A stretch of DNA of 64,000 nucleotides from an uncultured Methyloversatilis sp. (GTDB lineage Bacteria > Pseudomonadota > Gammaproteobacteria > Burkholderiales > Rhodocyclaceae). Position 1 is the first letter of the stretch, and each line of letters opens with the position of its first letter. The stretch covers positions 9,505 through 73,504 of the forward strand of contig CAZGOH010000001.1 in assembly GCA_964527195.1 (NCBI GenBank). The letters are read 5' to 3'. This document shows positions 18,052 to 30,681 of the stretch, one piece after another. The position numbers and the translations under genes were made by a program. A model generated the notes under the pieces. It saw nothing but the letters and a program-made list of their open reading frames with translations, was not told where the DNA came from and ran no database searches.

Positions 18052-18836
18052 CGGCGGGTGGCCTGCTGCGTTCGCTCGGCCGTCGCGTGACCGACAGGCT
18101 CTGGCGGCTGGGCTTCGCCAGCCGCTTCCTGCTGATGACGATCCTGTATTCGGGCACGGCCTTTCGCCGGTTGCACCTGACGATCCGCGAGATCTACTTC
18201 ACCGGCGTCCTGTCGCTGATCATCATCCTCGTTTCCGGATTGTTCGTCGGCATGGTGCTCGGCTTGCAAGGCTACGACACGCTGCAACGCTATGGCTCCT
18301 CGGAAGCGCTCGGCATCCTCGTCGCGCTCTCGCTGGTACGCGAGCTCGGGCCCGTGGTCGCTGCCCTGCTGTTCGCCAGCCGCGCCGGTTCGGCGATCAC
18401 GGCCGAGATCGGCCTGATGAAGGCCACCGAGCAGATCTCGGCGATGGAGATGATGGCGGTGAATCCGATTGCCCGCGTGGTGGCGCCGCGCTTCTGGGCC
18501 GGTGTGATTTCCATGCCAATCCTCGCCGCGCTGTTTTCGGCGATGGGCGTGTTCGGCGGCTATCTGGTCGGCGTCCAGCTCATCGGGGTGGATGCCGGCT
18601 CGTTCTGGTCGCAGATGCAATCGGCGGTGGATTTCCGCCAGGACATCATGAACGGCGTGATCAAGAGCTGCGTGTTCGGCGTCCTGGTGTCCTGGATCGC
18701 CGTGTTCGAAGGCTACGACGCCGATCCGACCGCCGAAGGCGTTTCTCGCGCGACGACGCGTACCGTCGTCACTTCATCGCTGGCCATCCTGGCCGCCGAC
18801 TTTGTTTTGACTGCATTCATGTTCAGGGGAATCTGA
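18048..18836 (+). CDS. mlaE: Mla permease
   Basis: RELGPVV, RAGSAITAEIGLM, ATTRTVV. Confidence 0.95.
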   Translation: MTAGGLLRSLGRRVTDRLWRLGFASRFLLMTILYSGTAFRRLHLTIREIYFTGVLSLIIILVSGLFVGMVLGLQGYDTLQRYGSSEALGILVALSLVRELGPVVAALLFASRAGSAITAEIGLMKATEQISAMEMMAVNPIARVVAPRFWAGVISMPILAALFSAMGVFGGYLVGVQLIGVDAGSFWSQMQSAVDFRQDIMNGVIKSCVFGVLVSWIAVFEGYDADPTAEGVSRATTRTVVTSSLAILAADFVLTAFMFRGI

Positions 18837-19300
18837 TGAATCGAGCCGTTATCGATCTCTGGGTGGGTTTTTTCGTCGCGGCGGGCCTGGTCGCACTGTT
18901 GTTTTTGGCGCTCAAGGTGGGCAACCTCGGATCGAGCGACGTCGGCGAAACCTATGCCTTGCAGGCACGCTTTGATAATATCGGCGGCCTGAAGGTGCGG
19001 GCGCCGGTGAAAAGCGCCGGCGTCGTGGTCGGCCGGGTGGGCGAGATCCGCTTCGATCCGGAAAGCTACATGGCGTTGGTGAGCCTGCGGGTGGACAAGC
19101 GTTATGCCTTCCCGCGCGACACCTTCGCGACGATCAACACTTCCGGCTTGCTGGGGGAACAGTACGTCGGCCTCGAGGTGGGCGGCGACATGGAGATGTT
19201 GAAGGAAGGCGACATGCTGGGCAAGACGCAGTCGGCGATCGTGCTGGAGAAGCTGATCGGCCAGTTCATGTTCAACAGGGCGACGGAAGAAGAGAAATAA
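18836..19300 (+). CDS. mlaD: MCE-domain protein
   Basis: FDNIGGLKVRAPVKSAGVVVG, TSGLLGEQY. Confidence 0.95.
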   Translation: MNRAVIDLWVGFFVAAGLVALLFLALKVGNLGSSDVGETYALQARFDNIGGLKVRAPVKSAGVVVGRVGEIRFDPESYMALVSLRVDKRYAFPRDTFATINTSGLLGEQYVGLEVGGDMEMLKEGDMLGKTQSAIVLEKLIGQFMFNRATEEEK

Positions 19301-19335
19301 CAACCGGGGTACTTGAAATGACTGAAGTAAAAACG

Positions 19336-20037
19336 ATGAAAACGCGTCTGCGCTCGGCCGTTCTGGTCGTTGCGGTTGCTAGTCTGCTAGGCGGATGCGC
19401 CACGTCGGGCAACCCGAAGGATCCGATCGAGGGATTCAACCGCGCCATGTTCGGTTTCAACGAGGTGGTCGACAAGGCGGTCATCAAACCCGTCGCCCAA
19501 GGCTATGATGCCGTACTGCCCTCGCCGGTGCGTACCGGCGTGACCAACTTCTTCGGCAACATCGCCGACCTCTTCATCGGCGTGAACAACCTCCTGCAGG
19601 GCAAGCCCGGCGACGCGTTCAACGACTGGGGACGCGTGCTGGTCAATAGCACCATCGGCATCCTCGGCCTGATCGACGTCGCTTCCGAGATGGGCATGGA
19701 AAAGCACGAGGAAGACTTTGGTCAGACCTTCGGCCGCTGGGGTGTGGGCGACGGCGCCTACGTCGTCCTGCCGATTTTCGGACCGCGCACGGCACGCGAT
19801 ACCGTCGGCCTGATCCTCGACGTCAAGGCGGACCCGGTGGGCAACATCGATCATGTGCCGACCCGCAACACCCTGCTGGCCCTGCGCCTGATCGACACCC
19901 GCGCCGACCTGCTGCCGGCCGACAAGGTCATCGAGGAAGCCGCGCTCGACAAGTACGCCTATGTGCGCGACGGCTACCTGCAGCGTCGCCGCAGCCTGAT
20001 TCACGACGGCAACCCGCCGCGCGAGCCTCTTGAATGA
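19336..20037 (+). CDS. mlaA: VacJ/MlaA lipoprotein
   Basis: LGGC lipobox; DPIEGFNRAMF, EDFGQTFGRWG. Confidence 0.94.
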   Translation: MKTRLRSAVLVVAVASLLGGCATSGNPKDPIEGFNRAMFGFNEVVDKAVIKPVAQGYDAVLPSPVRTGVTNFFGNIADLFIGVNNLLQGKPGDAFNDWGRVLVNSTIGILGLIDVASEMGMEKHEEDFGQTFGRWGVGDGAYVVLPIFGPRTARDTVGLILDVKADPVGNIDHVPTRNTLLALRLIDTRADLLPADKVIEEAALDKYAYVRDGYLQRRRSLIHDGNPPREPLE

Positions 20038-20065
20038 TCATTTTCCAGACATCATCCCGAATCCG

Positions 20066-20695
20066 ATGAAGCATCTCAATTCCATCCTCCGTTCCTTTGT
20101 CCTGCTGGCGTCCTTGCTGGTCGCCGGCGTCGCCGTCGCATCCATGCCCGCTCCCGATGCGCTGATCCGCGGCGTGAGCGACGAAGTGCTCGAGATCGTC
20201 CGCAAGGACAAGGACATTCGCGACGGCAATACCCAGAAGACCCTCAGCCTGGTCGAGACCAAGGTGCTGCCGCACTTCAACTTCGTGCGCATGACGAGGC
20301 TCGCGCTCGGTCGCGACGGCCGTCAGGCAACGCCGGAGCAGATCGCGGCGCTGGCCGAGGAGTTCCGCGCGCTGCTGGTGCGCACCTATTCCAAGGCACT
20401 GACCGAGTATCGCGACCAGCAGATCGTGTTCCGGCCGTTCAGCATGCAACCCACCGAGACCGATGTCCGTGTGCGCACCGAGATCCGCCAGTCGGGCGGC
20501 AAGCCGATCCCGATGGATTATTTCCTCGAGAAAACGCCCTCCGGCTGGAAGGTCTATGACGTCGAGGTCGGTGGTGCCAGCCTGATCATCGCCTATCGCG
20601 GCACCTTTGCCGAGGAGATACGGAAGGGCGGCATCGACGGTCTCCTCAAGAATCTGCAAGCCAGAAACCGTACCGGCGACACGGCAGCGAAATGA
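20066..20695 (+). CDS. mlaC: Phospholipid-binding periplasmic protein
   Basis: LPHFNFVRMTRLALG, LVRTYS, WKVYDV. Confidence 0.92.
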   Translation: MKHLNSILRSFVLLASLLVAGVAVASMPAPDALIRGVSDEVLEIVRKDKDIRDGNTQKTLSLVETKVLPHFNFVRMTRLALGRDGRQATPEQIAALAEEFRALLVRTYSKALTEYRDQQIVFRPFSMQPTETDVRVRTEIRQSGGKPIPMDYFLEKTPSGWKVYDVEVGGASLIIAYRGTFAEEIRKGGIDGLLKNLQARNRTGDTAAK

Positions 20696-20964
20696 GTGCG
20701 CAGCCGCTGGCAATTACCGGCAGCATGACGATGGCCACTGCGCGCGGGCTGCTGGCCCATGGCCTTGAGGCGCTTGCCGCCGCGCAGCCGGTGATCGACC
20801 TCTCCGCTGTGGATGAGGCCGATTCCGCCGGCCTGGCCGTGTTGTTCGGCTGGCAACGCGCCGCTGCAGCCCGGGGGAAGTCTCTACGCGTCGTCAATCT
20901 GCCCGCCAGCGTGCGCAGTCTTGCCGAGGTTTATGGCGTTACCGATCTGCTGCCACGGCCCTGA
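20692..20964 (+). CDS. mlaB: STAS-domain protein
   Basis: IDLSAVDEADSAGLA, LAEVYGV. Confidence 0.9.
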   Translation: MSAQPLAITGSMTMATARGLLAHGLEALAAAQPVIDLSAVDEADSAGLAVLFGWQRAAAARGKSLRVVNLPASVRSLAEVYGVTDLLPRP

Positions 20965-21015
20965 ACTTCGGCTGCCCTGCATTGCTTGGCGGCCATTTTC
21001 CCGCAGGAAACCTTC

Positions 21016-22501
<1,486 letters not shown>

Positions 22502-22524
22502 GTTCGGCGGGTAAAATGGTCGCC

Positions 22525-23160
22525 ATGATCACCATCGCCCTCTCCAAAGGCCGCATCTTCGAGGAAACCCTGCCGCTCCTGGCCGCCGCCGGCATCGTGC
22601 CGGACGAAGATCCCGAAAAGTCGCGCAAGCTCATCATCTCCACCAGTCGTGCCGATGTGCGCGTCGTCATTGTGCGTGCCTCCGACGTGCCGACCTATGT
22701 GCAGTACGGCGCCGCCGATCTCGGCATCGCCGGCAAGGACGTGCTGATCGAGCATGGCGGCACGGGGCTCTACCAGCCGCTCGATCTCAGGATTGCCAGG
22801 TGCCGCATGTGCGTGGCCGCCCCTGCCGATTTCGATTACGCAGCCGCCGTGCGGCGCGGGGCGCGTTTGCGCATCGCCACCAAGTACATCGCCACGGCCC
22901 GCACGCACTTCGCCGCCAAGGGGGTGCATGTCGACCTCATCAAGCTGTACGGCTCCATGGAGCTTGCGCCGCTCGCCGGCCTCGCCGACGCCATCGTCGA
23001 CCTCGTTTCCTCGGGCGGCACGCTCAAGGCGAACAACCTCGTCGAGGTCGAAGAAATCATGCCGATCTCCTCGCGCCTGATCGTCAACCAGGCCAGCCTG
23101 AAAATGAAGCGCGGCCTCCTGCAACCCGTGCTCGACGCCATCGAGGGAGCCATCCAATGA
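22525..23160 (+). CDS. hisG: ATP phosphoribosyltransferase, short form (HisZ-dependent)
   Basis: [25 protein letters not shown]; ~211 aa. Confidence 0.95.
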   Translation: MITIALSKGRIFEETLPLLAAAGIVPDEDPEKSRKLIISTSRADVRVVIVRASDVPTYVQYGAADLGIAGKDVLIEHGGTGLYQPLDLRIARCRMCVAAPADFDYAAAVRRGARLRIATKYIATARTHFAAKGVHVDLIKLYGSMELAPLAGLADAIVDLVSSGGTLKANNLVEVEEIMPISSRLIVNQASLKMKRGLLQPVLDAIEGAIQ

Positions 23161-24458
23161 CCAGTTTGATTCGGCGCCTGTCTTCGCTCGATCCGGAATT
23201 CCTTGCCACGCTCGACGCGCTGCTGGCGTTCGACAATTCGACCGACATCGCCATCGAGCAGACCGTTGCCGAGATTCTTGCCAATGTGCGCACCCTCGGC
23301 GATGCCGCCGTACTCGACACCACGCGCCGCTTCGACCATCTCGACGTCAAGACGATGACCGAACTGGAACTGCCGCCCGCCGAGTTGAAGGCGGCCTTCG
23401 ACGGCCTGCCCGCCGCGCAGCGCGACGCGCTGGAGCAGGCCGCCGCGCGCGTGAGGCGCTACCACGAGAAGCAGAAGATCGACTCCTGGGAATACACGGA
23501 AGATGACGGTACGCGCCTCGGCCAGAAAGTCACGCCGCTCGACCGCGTCGGTCTCTACGTGCCCGGCGGCAAGGCCGCCTACCCGAGTTCCGTATTGATG
23601 AACGCCCTGCCGGCCAAGGTCGCGGGCGTCCGGGAACTCGTCATGGTGGTGCCGACCCCGCGCGGCGAGAAGAATGCACTGGTGCTGGCCGCCGCGCATC
23701 TCTCCGGTGTCGACCGCGTGTTCTGCATCGGCGGCGCCCAGGCCGTGGCGGCGCTCGCTTACGGCACGCAGACCATCCCGCAGGTGGACAAGATCGTCGG
23801 GCCGGGCAACGCCTACGTGGCGAGCGCCAAGCGCCGCGTCTTTGGCACCGTCGGCATCGACATGGTGGCCGGGCCTTCGGAGGTGCTGATCATTTCGGAC
23901 GGCTCGGGCGACCCGGACTGGACGGTGATCGACCTGTTCGCCCAGGCCGAGCACGACGAACTGGCGCAGTCGATCCTGCTTTGTCCCGATGCCGCTTCCC
24001 TCGACAAGGTGGCGGCGAGCATCGAAAAGCTGCTGCCGACCATGCCGCGCCGCGAAGTCATCGCTGCTTCGCTCAAGGGGCGCGGTGCGTTGATCCATGT
24101 CAGCGATCTCGACGAAGCCTGCGTGATCGCCAACCGCATCGCGCCCGAACATCTGGAACTCTCGGTCGAGAATCCGCGCGCGCTGCTGCCGAAGATCCGC
24201 CATGCCGGCGCGATCTTCATGGGCCACTACTGTTCCGAATCGCTCGGCGACTACTGCGCCGGCCCGAACCACGTGCTGCCCACCTCGCGCAGCGCGCGCT
24301 TCTCCTCGCCGTTGGGTGTTTACGACTTCCAGAAGCGCTCCTCGATCATCGAGGTCTCGGCGGCCGGCGCGCAGACGCTCGGCCCCATCGCCGCGACGCT
24401 CGCGCATGGCGAGGGCCTGACCGCCCATGCCCGCGCCGCCGAACTCAGGCTGAAATAG
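23157..24458 (+). CDS. hisD: Histidinol dehydrogenase
   Basis: [36 protein letters not shown]. Confidence 0.97.
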   Translation: MTSLIRRLSSLDPEFLATLDALLAFDNSTDIAIEQTVAEILANVRTLGDAAVLDTTRRFDHLDVKTMTELELPPAELKAAFDGLPAAQRDALEQAAARVRRYHEKQKIDSWEYTEDDGTRLGQKVTPLDRVGLYVPGGKAAYPSSVLMNALPAKVAGVRELVMVVPTPRGEKNALVLAAAHLSGVDRVFCIGGAQAVAALAYGTQTIPQVDKIVGPGNAYVASAKRRVFGTVGIDMVAGPSEVLIISDGSGDPDWTVIDLFAQAEHDELAQSILLCPDAASLDKVAASIEKLLPTMPRREVIAASLKGRGALIHVSDLDEACVIANRIAPEHLELSVENPRALLPKIRHAGAIFMGHYCSESLGDYCAGPNHVLPTSRSARFSSPLGVYDFQKRSSIIEVSAAGAQTLGPIAATLAHGEGLTAHARAAELRLK

Positions 24459-24470
24459 GGTGGCGGCGCA

Positions 24471-25535
24471 TCAAGCGCCGAGAATTTCCCTCAATGCGGC
24501 AATTAACGTCGCGCACTGTTCATCGGTGCCGACGGTGATGCGCAGAAACTGCTCGATGCGCGGCAGCCTGAAATGCCGCACGATGATGCCGCGTCGCCGT
24601 AGCGCCAGCGCCGACTTTGCGGCGTCGTGGCGCGGGTGGCGCGCGAAGACGAAATTGGCGCTCGACGGCAGCACCTCGAAACCGAGGGATTCCAGGTCGC
24701 GCGTCAGCGTTGCCCGGGTAAGCATCACGGCCTGGCGCGTGCGCTCGAACCATTCGCGGTCCTCGATGGCCGCCGTGGCGCCGGCGATGGCGAGGCGGTC
24801 GAGCGGGTAGGAGTTGAAGCTGTTCTTGACGCGATTCAGCGCGTCGATGAGATCGGCGTGGCCAATGGCGAAACCGACGCGCAGCCCGGCGAGCGAACGC
24901 GATTTCGAGAAGGTCTGCACGACGAGCAGGTTCGGGTGCCGATTCACCAACGCCACCGCCGACTCGCCGCCAAAATCGACGTAGGCCTCATCCACCAGAA
25001 CCACCGAATCGGGGTTCGCCTTGACCAGGGCATCGATGTCCGCGAGCGGGAGGGCGCGGCCGGTCGGCGCGTTCGGGTTGGCGATGACGATGCCGCCGTT
25101 GGCCAAAGAGTAATCGGCGATGCGCAGGGAAAAGTTTTCGTCCAGCGGCACGGTGCGGTAGTCGATGCCGTAGAGCCCGCAATAGACCGGATAGAAACTG
25201 TAAGTGATGTCGGGAAACAGGATCGGCCGGTCGTGCTTGAGCAGGGCGAGGAAGGCATGACCCAGCACCTCGTCCGAGCCGTTGCCGACGAAGACCTGGT
25301 TGGGGGCGATGTCGCCGAAATATGCGGCGATGGCTTCGCGCAGGCGCGTGCTTTCGGGGTCGGGATAGAGCCGCAAACCGTCGCCGATTTCGCTGCGCAG
25401 GGCCTCCAGCACGCGCGGGCTCGGGCCGTAGGGGTGTTCGTTGGTGTTGAGCTTGACGAGGTCGGGCAGTTTGGGCTGCTCGCCCGGGACGTAAGGTTGC
25501 AAGGCGCGGACGGTGGCGCTCCAGAATCGGCTCAT
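24471..25535 (-). CDS. hisC: Histidinol-phosphate aminotransferase (opposite strand to flanking his genes)
   Basis: [41 protein letters not shown]. Confidence 0.93.
   Translation of the reverse strand: MSRFWSATVRALQPYVPGEQPKLPDLVKLNTNEHPYGPSPRVLEALRSEIGDGLRLYPDPESTRLREAIAAYFGDIAPNQVFVGNGSDEVLGHAFLALLKHDRPILFPDITYSFYPVYCGLYGIDYRTVPLDENFSLRIADYSLANGGIVIANPNAPTGRALPLADIDALVKANPDSVVLVDEAYVDFGGESAVALVNRHPNLLVVQTFSKSRSLAGLRVGFAIGHADLIDALNRVKNSFNSYPLDRLAIAGATAAIEDREWFERTRQAVMLTRATLTRDLESLGFEVLPSSANFVFARHPRHDAAKSALALRRRGIIVRHFRLPRIEQFLRITVGTDEQCATLIAALREILGA
24595..24618 (-). repeat. 24-bp motif copy (hisC, KSALALRR)
   Basis: aaagtcggcgctggcgctacggcg. Confidence 0.85.
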
Positions 25536-25638
25536 GGCGGCGGGGAGGCTGTGCGAGATGACGTGGATTGACGAAATGGTATTATGCCCCGCTCGAATGA
25601 AGATTTCCTGGCGATTGCCTCACGGGCCGATCATTGCA

Positions 25639-26226
25639 ATGCGCACCGCCGATATTTCTCGCACTACCCTGGAAACGCAAATCCGGGTCAGCCTCGATCT
25701 GGATGGCGCCGGAAAGTCGCAACTGTCGACCGGCGTCGGCTTTTTCGATCACATGCTCGACCAGATCGCCCGCCACGGCATGTTCGATCTCGTCGTGGAC
25801 GCCAAGGGCGATCTGCACATCGATGCGCATCACACCGTCGAGGATGTCGGTATCGCCATCGGCCAGGCAATCGCGCGGGCGCTCGGCGACAAGAAGGGGC
25901 TGACGCGCTACGGGCATGCCTACGTGCCGCTCGACGAAGCCTTGTCGCGCGTCGTCGTCGATCTGTCGGGGCGTCCCGGCCTGATCTTCAACGTCGATTT
26001 CCGGCGTGACCGCATCGGCACCTTCGATGTCGAGCTGGTGCGCGAATTCTTCCAGGCACTCGTCAATCACGCCGCGATCACCGTGCATATCGATTGCCTG
26101 CGCGGCGAAAACGCCCACCACCAGGCCGAATCGGTCTTCAAGGCGTTCGCCCGCGCGCTGCGCATGGCGACGACTGCCGATGCGCGGGCCGGTGGAGCCG
26201 TTCCGTCGACCAAGGGCAGCCTGTAA
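25639..26226 (+). CDS. hisB: Imidazoleglycerol-phosphate dehydratase
   Basis: [22 protein letters not shown]. Confidence 0.96.
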   Translation: MRTADISRTTLETQIRVSLDLDGAGKSQLSTGVGFFDHMLDQIARHGMFDLVVDAKGDLHIDAHHTVEDVGIAIGQAIARALGDKKGLTRYGHAYVPLDEALSRVVVDLSGRPGLIFNVDFRRDRIGTFDVELVREFFQALVNHAAITVHIDCLRGENAHHQAESVFKAFARALRMATTADARAGGAVPSTKGSL

Positions 26227-26237
26227 CTCTTTCCAGC

Positions 26238-26876
26238 ATGAATACCGTCGCGATCGTCGATTACGGCATGGGCAACCTGCGTTCGGTGGCCAAGGCCATC
26301 GAGCATGTCGCCCCCGGCCATCGGGTATTGGTCACCGCCGATCCCGCCGTGGTGGCGGCGGCGGAACGCGTCGTCGTCCCCGGCCAGGGCGCGATGCCCG
26401 ACTGCATGCGCGAACTGAAGGCGCGCGGCCTCGATGCGGCGGTGGTCCGCGCGGCGAACGCAAAACCTTTCCTGGGCATCTGCATCGGCTTGCAGATGCT
26501 CTTCGCGCACAGCGAGGAAGGCGATGTCGCCGGCCTCGGCCTGTTTCCCGGCCGGGTGCGCCGTTTTCCCGCCGAGGCGATGCTCGATGCCGCCGGCGCC
26601 CGGCTCAAAGTGCCGCACATGGGCTGGAACGCGGTGCGCCAGGCCGAGCCTCACCCCCTCTGGCAGGGTATCGCCGACGGCGCACGCTTCTATTTCGTGC
26701 ACAGCTACTACGTCGAGCCGGCAACGCCGGACGCCATTGCCGGCTCGACGGAATACGGCATCGCCTTTACCAGCGCGGTGGCACGTGACAACCTCTTTGC
26801 CGTGCAGTTCCATCCGGAAAAAAGCGCGCAGGCCGGTCTTGCGCTGCTCGGCAATTTCATGACCTGGAATCCCTGA
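26238..26876 (+). CDS. hisH: IGP synthase glutaminase subunit
   Basis: DYGMGNL, LGICIG, QFHPEKS. Confidence 0.96.
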   Translation: MNTVAIVDYGMGNLRSVAKAIEHVAPGHRVLVTADPAVVAAAERVVVPGQGAMPDCMRELKARGLDAAVVRAANAKPFLGICIGLQMLFAHSEEGDVAGLGLFPGRVRRFPAEAMLDAAGARLKVPHMGWNAVRQAEPHPLWQGIADGARFYFVHSYYVEPATPDAIAGSTEYGIAFTSAVARDNLFAVQFHPEKSAQAGLALLGNFMTWNP

Positions 26877-26905
26877 ACCCACTGAACCCGAGCGAGCCTT
26901 CAACC

Positions 26906-27649
26906 ATGCTGCTGATACCCGCGATCGACCTCAAGGACGGCCAGTGCGTGCGCCTCAAGCAGGGCGTCATGGACGGCGCGACCGTGTTTTCCGAGAACCC
27001 CGCCGCGATGGCCCGCCACTGGATCGACCAGGGCGCGCGTCGCCTGCATCTCGTTGACCTCAACGGCGCCTTCGCCGGCAAGCCGAAAAACGAACCCGCC
27101 ATCAGGGCCATCCTGGAGGAGGTGGGCGAAGAGATTCCCGTCCAGCTCGGCGGCGGCATCCGCGACCTCGATACCATCGAGCGTTGCATCGACGACGGCA
27201 TCACCTACGTCATCATCGGCACCGCCGCGGTCAAGAACCCCGGTTTCCTGCATGACGCCTGCACGGCGTTCCCCGGCCACATCATCGTCGGCCTCGACGC
27301 CAAGGATGGCAAGGTCGCCGTCGATGGCTGGTCGAAGTTGACTGGCCACGACGTCATCGACCTCGCCAGGAAATTCGAGGACTACGGCGTCGAAGGCATC
27401 ATCTATACCGACATCGGCCGCGACGGCATGCTTTCGGGCGTCAACGTCGAGGCGACCGTCAAGCTCGCGCAGGCCTTGCGCATTCCCGTCATCGCCAGCG
27501 GTGGCATCGCCAGCATCGACGACGTGAAGGCGCTTTGCAAGGTCGCGGACGAGGGCGTCATGGGCGCGATCACCGGCCGTGCGATCTACGAAGGCAGGCT
27601 CGACTTTCGCGCGGCGCAGGCCGAGGCGGACAAGCACGCCGCACAATAA
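26906..27649 (+). CDS. hisA: ProFAR isomerase
   Basis: [24 protein letters not shown]. Confidence 0.96.
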   Translation: MLLIPAIDLKDGQCVRLKQGVMDGATVFSENPAAMARHWIDQGARRLHLVDLNGAFAGKPKNEPAIRAILEEVGEEIPVQLGGGIRDLDTIERCIDDGITYVIIGTAAVKNPGFLHDACTAFPGHIIVGLDAKDGKVAVDGWSKLTGHDVIDLARKFEDYGVEGIIYTDIGRDGMLSGVNVEATVKLAQALRIPVIASGGIASIDDVKALCKVADEGVMGAITGRAIYEGRLDFRAAQAEADKHAAQ

Positions 27650-27651
27650 CT

Positions 27652-27675
27652 CGCCGTCCCGCCAGAGCCGACTTT
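27652..27675 (-). repeat. 24-bp motif copy filling the hisA-hisF spacer
   Basis: aaagtcggctctggcgggacggcg. Confidence 0.9.
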
Positions 27676-27680
27676 CGCCC

Positions 27681-28439
27681 ATGCTCGCCAAACGCATCAT
27701 TCCCTGCCTCGACGTCAATGCCGGCCGCGTGGTCAAGGGCGTCAATTTCGTCTCGCTGCGCGACGCCGGCGATCCGGTGGAAATCGCGCGCCGCTACGAC
27801 GAGCAGGGCGCCGACGAAATCACCTTCCTCGACATCACGGCGAGCTCCGACGCGCGCGACATCATCCTGCACATCGTCGAGGCCTGCGCCGAGCAGGTGT
27901 TCATTCCACTCACCGTCGGCGGCGGCGTGCGCAAGGTCGAGGACGTGCGGCGGTTGCTCAACGCCGGCGCCGACAAGGTCAGCATGAACACCGCCGCCGT
28001 GCAGAACCCGCAACTGGTCGCCGACGCCTCCGCCAAGGTCGGCAGCCAGTGCATCGTCGTCGCCATCGACGCCAAGCAGACGAGCCCCGGCAAGTGGGAG
28101 GTGTTCACCCACGGCGGGCGCAACAACACGCAGATCGACGCCATCGACTGGGCGCAGCAGGTCGCAGCGCTGGGCGCCGGCGAAATCCTGCTCACCAGCA
28201 TGGATCGCGACGGCACCAAGAACGGCTTCGATTTGGGACTCACGCGCGCGGTGGCCGATGCCGTGCCGATTCCGGTGATCGCCAGCGGCGGGGTCGGCAA
28301 TCTCCAACATCTCGCCGACGGCGTCACGCAGGGGCGTGCCGACGCGGTGCTGGCGGCGAGTATCTTCCACTACGGCGAATACACGGTGCGTCAGGCCAAG
28401 GAATTCATGCGCGCACAAGGGATAGAGGTGAGACTGTGA
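27681..28439 (+). CDS. hisF: IGP synthase cyclase subunit
   Basis: [26 protein letters not shown]. Confidence 0.96.
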   Translation: MLAKRIIPCLDVNAGRVVKGVNFVSLRDAGDPVEIARRYDEQGADEITFLDITASSDARDIILHIVEACAEQVFIPLTVGGGVRKVEDVRRLLNAGADKVSMNTAAVQNPQLVADASAKVGSQCIVVAIDAKQTSPGKWEVFTHGGRNNTQIDAIDWAQQVAALGAGEILLTSMDRDGTKNGFDLGLTRAVADAVPIPVIASGGVGNLQHLADGVTQGRADAVLAASIFHYGEYTVRQAKEFMRAQGIEVRL

Positions 28440-28828
28440 CCTGTAAATGGCTCAACGAGATCAAGTGGGACGAGCAGGGCCTGGTGCCGGCCATCGCCCA
28501 GGATGCCCAGACCGGCGAGGTGCTGATGTTCGCCTGGATGAACCGCGAGGCGCTGGAGAAGACGGCCACGCTCGGACAGGCGGTTTATTGGTCGCGTTCG
28601 CGCCGCAAGCTCTGGCACAAGGGCGAAGAGTCCGGCCACTTCCAGAAGGTGCTGGAAATCCGCACCGATTGCGACAATGACGTCGTGCTGCTGAAGATCG
28701 AACAGGTTGGCGGCATCGCCTGCCACACCGGGCGCACGAGCTGTTTCTTCCAGCGCCTCGACGACGGCTGCTGGGTGGCGACCGACCCGGTGATCAAGGA
28801 TCCGGCCACGATCTACGCCAAGAAGTAA
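28436..28828 (+). CDS. hisI: Phosphoribosyl-AMP cyclohydrolase
   Basis: [31 protein letters not shown]. Confidence 0.95.
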   Translation: MTCKWLNEIKWDEQGLVPAIAQDAQTGEVLMFAWMNREALEKTATLGQAVYWSRSRRKLWHKGEESGHFQKVLEIRTDCDNDVVLLKIEQVGGIACHTGRTSCFFQRLDDGCWVATDPVIKDPATIYAKK

Positions 28829-28844
28829 GGCGCCGCCGCCGGCG

Positions 28845-30575
28845 CTAGCTTTCCAGCACGTAGGTTCCTGGCGCGTCGCCAAGCTCCGGAAATGCCTTGC
28901 TGGCGAGCGCGGGCGGTTTGCCGAGCGGGCCGGACTGGGGCTTGAGCCAGGCCATCCAGTCTTCCCACCAACTGCCGGCGCGATGCTCGGCGCGCTCCTG
29001 CCAGTCTTCGGCCGCGTCGTGCCGTTCCGCGTCACCCACCCAGTACTCGCGTTTGGGCGGATGCACGACCGGATTGACGATGCCGAGGATGTGGCCGGAG
29101 CTCGACAGCACGAAACGCTTCGGTCCGGAGGCGAAGTGGTTGAGACGGAAGGTTTGCTTCCACGGCGCGATGTGGTCATCGGCCGCCGCCACGGCGTAGG
29201 TCGGCTGGACGATGCGCGAGAGGTCGATCAGCTGACCGGCGATTTCCAGGGCATCCTTCCTGATCAGCTTGTTGTCGAGGTAGAGGTTGCGCAGATACCA
29301 GCTGTGCATCTTCGCCGGCATGCGCGTGGTGTCCATGTTCCAGTAGAGCACGTCGAACGGGGGTGGCGCCTCGCCGTAGAGATAGCCATGCACGACATAA
29401 TGCCAGATCAGGCTGTTCGAACGCAGCAGGCGGAAGGCGGTGGCCATCTCCTTGCCGTCGAGGTAGCCTTTTTGCGCCATCGTGCGATTCAGGTAGTGGA
29501 AGCTGCCCTCGTCGAGGAAGACCTCGATGTCGCCGGGCTTGTGATAGTCGACCAGGGTGGTGAAGAAGGTGGCGCTCGCCACGGGCACCTCCCTGGGCGC
29601 GTAGCGCCGGTTTGCCCAGGCCATCCAGGTGGCCAGCGCTGCGCCGCCGATGCAGTAGCCGGCCATGTGCAGCTTGTCGCTTTTCGAGACGCCGCGCACC
29701 GCCTCGACAGCGGCGCCGATGCCCTGCGTCAGGTAATCGTCGAAACCGACCTCCGCCATCGATTCGTCCGGGTTCTTCCAGCTCGTGATGTAAACGTCGA
29801 AACCCTGTTCCAGCAGAAAGCGAATCATGCTCTTCTTTGGCACCAGGTCGAGAATATAGAACTTGTTGATCCAGGGCGTGACGATGAGGATTGGCGTGCG
29901 GTAGGTTTCCGTCGCGGTGGGCGCGTAGTGAATCACCTCGAGGAGGCGGTTCCTGAGGATCACCTTGCCCGGCGTCGCGGCGAGATTCACCCCGACCTTG
30001 AAGTCGTCGGGGCGTGTCATGCGGATATTGCCGGCCTGCATGTCGTCGATGAAATTGCGCCAGCCGCGCAGCAGGCTTTCGCCATTGGTTTCCGCCGCCT
30101 TGCGCATCGCCACCGGGTTGGTGAGCAGGAAGTTGGTCGGCGCCATCGCGTTGAGCCACTTGCGCCACCAGAATGCGGCGCGCCGCCGGTCGCGGTTGGA
30201 CATCCCCGGTGTTTCGTAGAGCATGTCCTGGATATGGTGGGTGGTCAGCAGGTACCACTCCTTGGTGATGTCCCAGGTCGCGGATTCATTCCACACAGGG
30301 TCGGCGAAGCGCGTGTCGTCGGGATTCGGCACCTCGACATCCTTGCTTGGCAGACCGAGCATGCGTTGCCAGGAATGCCATTGCAGGGCGAGCATGCGCG
30401 TCGAGAGTTCCGACACCGCCTCGGCCAACTCCTGAGGATGCATTGCCCAGGCCAGTTGCGCATGCGCCAGGGGCATGGCCACGCCGAGCGGGTCGAGGTT
30501 GGCCTCGATCGTCTCGTGCATTTGCTTGAAGGCGCGGTGCGGGGTAATCTGGCTCGGCGAGCGTCGGGCGACCAT
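28845..30575 (-). CDS. phaC: Polyhydroxyalkanoate synthase (class I-like)
   Basis: TPWINKFYILDL, GYCIGG lipase-like box, DDHIAPW, SSGHI. Confidence 0.92.
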   Translation of the reverse strand: MVARRSPSQITPHRAFKQMHETIEANLDPLGVAMPLAHAQLAWAMHPQELAEAVSELSTRMLALQWHSWQRMLGLPSKDVEVPNPDDTRFADPVWNESATWDITKEWYLLTTHHIQDMLYETPGMSNRDRRRAAFWWRKWLNAMAPTNFLLTNPVAMRKAAETNGESLLRGWRNFIDDMQAGNIRMTRPDDFKVGVNLAATPGKVILRNRLLEVIHYAPTATETYRTPILIVTPWINKFYILDLVPKKSMIRFLLEQGFDVYITSWKNPDESMAEVGFDDYLTQGIGAAVEAVRGVSKSDKLHMAGYCIGGAALATWMAWANRRYAPREVPVASATFFTTLVDYHKPGDIEVFLDEGSFHYLNRTMAQKGYLDGKEMATAFRLLRSNSLIWHYVVHGYLYGEAPPPFDVLYWNMDTTRMPAKMHSWYLRNLYLDNKLIRKDALEIAGQLIDLSRIVQPTYAVAAADDHIAPWKQTFRLNHFASGPKRFVLSSSGHILGIVNPVVHPPKREYWVGDAERHDAAEDWQERAEHRAGSWWEDWMAWLKPQSGPLGKPPALASKAFPELGDAPGTYVLES

Positions 30576-30629
30576 GATGGTTCCTCCGTGAATGCGCTAT
30601 GATTCTGACAAGCCGGCGCGGACGTGGTG

Positions 30630-30643
30630 TTGATCTGCATCAA
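30630..30643. promoter_or_regulatory. FNR-family binding site between divergent phaC and usp
   Basis: Perfect TTGAT-CTGC-ATCAA. Confidence 0.85.
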
Positions 30644-30681
30644 CCCCGCTTCCGCCGATCATCGCGAAAGGTGGCATCGTC

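Noticed and set aside
18797-18804. Bare AAAGTCGG cores (also near 59215 and 60429)
   Set aside because: They lack the GGCG and ACGGCG blocks, so they were not counted as full motif copies.
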